Source: Clostridia bacterium (GTDB lineage Bacteria > Bacillota > Clostridia > Christensenellales > DTU072). Taken from it: a stretch of 64,000 nucleotides of DNA. The notes under the pieces were generated by a model, which did not search any database, was not told the origin of the DNA, and saw only the letters and a program-made list of their open reading frames with translations. Below, one piece after another: positions 62,243 to 64,000 of this stretch; positions within the stretch are counted from its first letter, which is position 1, and each line of letters begins with the position of its first letter. The DNA is taken from assembly GCA_035381305.1 (NCBI GenBank), contig DAOSYK010000007.1, positions 5,002-69,001 on the forward strand, given 5' to 3'. The position numbers were made by a program, and so were the translations under genes.

Positions 62243-62271
62243 AGTATACATTACAAAGTCTTATTTGTAAA
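62243..62271 (-). promoter_or_regulatory. SigA-type promoter candidate for rpsF-ssb-rpsR
   Basis: Minus strand reads TTTACA (62266-62271), 17-nt spacer, TATACT (62243-62248). Confidence 0.5.
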
Positions 62272-62329
62272 GCACTTTTTTAAATTTATTTTAAGATTAT
62301 TCGCAAAAAGTGAAATTTCAAAAACGGTT

Positions 62330-63247
62330 TTAAAACACCACAAGCTTAAGTTTTCTCTGCAATATTTTTACTTCGGCTTCCTTGTCAAGCTCTATTTTTT
62401 CGCCGTCAACGGTAAAAGTCTGGGGTTTTTCAAACGTCATTTTCGCCTCGGCAAATGACACAAATTTGATATTTTTGCCATTCTTTTCCTTTCTCATTTT
62501 CATGAAAAATACCCGAAACAGCGGGAAAAACACCTTGATTTTTGCCCAAAGTCCCTTGCCGCGCGGAGCTTTTATCAAAAGAAGCTGGGCTTTTCCGTCG
62601 TTGTGGGCAAACAGCTTGTTGAAGTTAAATCCGAAGCACCTTGCGTTGTTGAGCACCATCATGAGTGTATAGTCGTCTTCAAACGTGTGCCCGTTTACCT
62701 CTACTTTTGCCTGTATGTGGTGAATTCTGTATTCTTTGATAACCTTGAGAAGGTATGCGAAAAACTTCAGACGCTTTTTTGTCCTTATGTCCGTGCAGTA
62801 GCCTATGGGGGTAAAAATGCCGCCCGCAAGAACGTACGCGAACATAGTGTCGTTTACACACCCCATGTCCACGCGGCGTATACGCCTGTTTTCGGCGCTG
62901 AGGCGTTTGGCAAGCCGCAGACCTTTCGCCGTGTCGTTAAGGGTGCCCGTGGGGATATATATTAGATCAAGACGGGTGTTTTTTGTGGCGTTTATGGCAG
63001 AATTTAACGTTCCGTCGCCCCCGCATACCGCCAGCGCGTCGTACCCGTCTATCTCGTTTTTCATGTTGATGTCGTGCTCGGGGTCTATATAGACGGTGTC
63101 CACATTTTCGTAGGTGCTCTTTATAAGCTCTATCCAGTCGTTTTCCCTGCGGACGGTGCCCGAGTTTCCGCTCATACGGTTTATTATGAGTTTACATCTT
63201 GCCAAGTTTTGTTCCCCGTTTCCCGCTTTGGGCGTTTGGTTTCCCAA
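62330..63247 (-). CDS. diacylglycerol/lipid kinase family protein (YegS/DagK-like)
   Basis: LIINRMSGNSG N-terminal motif and CGGDGTLN catalytic-domain motif. TTG start lies 5 nt after a GAGAGG RBS, and no in-frame ATG lies further upstream. Confidence 0.8.
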   Translation of the reverse strand: MGNQTPKAGNGEQNLARCKLIINRMSGNSGTVRRENDWIELIKSTYENVDTVYIDPEHDINMKNEIDGYDALAVCGGDGTLNSAINATKNTRLDLIYIPTGTLNDTAKGLRLAKRLSAENRRIRRVDMGCVNDTMFAYVLAGGIFTPIGYCTDIRTKKRLKFFAYLLKVIKEYRIHHIQAKVEVNGHTFEDDYTLMMVLNNARCFGFNFNKLFAHNDGKAQLLLIKAPRGKGLWAKIKVFFPLFRVFFMKMRKEKNGKNIKFVSFAEAKMTFEKPQTFTVDGEKIELDKEAEVKILQRKLKLVVF

Positions 63248-63315
63248 AAACGCCTCTCAATTCTATTTTTTAACGCGGGTTCATTTTTATTATATTTCTT
63301 TGACACTTAGTTTGG

Positions 63316-63344
63316 ATTATACCTTAACGGGGGTTGTTTGTCAA
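63316..63344 (-). promoter_or_regulatory. consensus SigA promoter for the lipid-kinase gene
   Basis: Minus strand reads TTGACA (63339-63344), 17-nt spacer, TATAAT (63316-63321). Confidence 0.6.
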
Positions 63345-63348
63345 ACTT

Positions 63349-63374
63349 AAAAAAGGGCACGGTTGTCCGCGTCC
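63349..63374 (-). terminator. probable rho-independent terminator after the amidase gene
   Basis: Minus strand reads GGACGCGGacaaCCGTGCCC followed by TTTTTT. The stem has one A-C mismatch and one G-U pair. Confidence 0.45.
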
Positions 63375-63399
63375 ACAGTTTCGGTAATCGGGTATAAAA

Positions 63400-64000
63400 C
63401 TATCTCGTTTCAGTCTCCAGATAGCCCACTATTCCGCCGTATATGCAGAAGGCAAGCCGCTTGCAGTACTCGTTATCCGTAAGGAGTATCTCGTCCTCGG
63501 GATTACTTAAAAATCCGCATTCCATGATGACCGAGGGAGCCTTGCTGCACTTTAGGAGGAAATAGTCCCCTGCCAGCGCGTCAAAGTCACGTTTTACAAA
63601 CTCCTTGTTGAGCAGATTTACGTTGGACTGGATACTGTCGGCAAGCAGCTTCCCCGCATTGTTGTATTCGTCAAAGAATACTTGCGCGCCACGCCTTTCG
63701 CTGCTGGGAAACTTGTTTGCGTGAATGCTTATAACGATGTCGGGCCTGGCCTGCTGAATTATCTTTTTCCTCGCTTCCATGTCGGCTTTCTTGCGTTTTT
63801 TGACGGCGTCGCCGTAAAGTCCGTTCTCGTTCTCGCGTGTGAGCACCACCTTAAATCCCGCTTCCTTGAGGAGATCACGCAAAAGGAAAGTCATTTTGAG
63901 GTTGAAGTCGCTCTCCTTCACGCCGTTTTTGCTTACAACGCCCGTGTCCACTCCGCCATGACCCGCGTCAATGACAATCACTTTCGCGTCGGCGGGAGCG
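63400..64000 (-). CDS. cwlD: N-acetylmuramoyl-L-alanine amidase (Amidase_3), CwlD-like, 5' end beyond the window
   Basis: The frame stays open to the window edge (APADAKVIVIDAGHGG). VIDAGHGGVDTG, RKKADMEARKKII, SIHANKF, GAQVFF and ECGFLSNPEDE parallel B. subtilis CwlD block by block. Confidence 0.7.
   Translation of the reverse strand, partial: APADAKVIVIDAGHGGVDTGVVSKNGVKESDFNLKMTFLLRDLLKEAGFKVVLTRENENGLYGDAVKKRKKADMEARKKIIQQARPDIVISIHANKFPSSERRGAQVFFDEYNNAGKLLADSIQSNVNLLNKEFVKRDFDALAGDYFLLKCSKAPSVIMECGFLSNPEDEILLTDNEYCKRLAFCIYGGIVGYLETETR

Overview
This 64-kb window comes from a Bacillota (Clostridia-like) chromosome. tRNAs carry an encoded CCA end, and the gene order (pth-mfd, ftsK-rimO-cinA-recA-rny, rpsF-ssb-rpsR, a CwlD-like amidase) fits that assignment. 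About half the window is ordinary housekeeping. It also holds a four-gene tRNA cluster (fMet, Met, Glu, Val), several clean SigA-type promoters and several rho-independent terminators. The main feature is a pair of adjacent minus-strand giant genes at 33540-49187 (5,215 aa) and 49201-60777 (3,858 aa). Together they span 27.2 kb, or 42.5% of the window. They are separated by 13 nt and preceded by one near-consensus extended -10 promoter and a 5' UTR stem-loop. Both products start with lipoprotein-type signal peptides and share a paralogous N-terminal module of about 800 aa that I cannot place in any family. Both also contain many degenerate beta-rich modules with a recurring (I/V)DP(Y/L)...LP...W signature, and an embedded Tyr/Ala/Asn-rich segment that looks alpha-helical (about 1,300 aa in the larger protein). 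Only the larger protein ends in MBG-like repeats plus a right-handed beta-helix. No mobile-element genes, CRISPR arrays or rRNA genes were seen. Other secreted or surface proteins here are a BspA-type LRR protein, an 814-aa PrsA-like lipoprotein and a 485-aa membrane-anchored protein coupled to an S58 peptidase. All functional calls come from reading motifs by eye. No database search or structure prediction was run.
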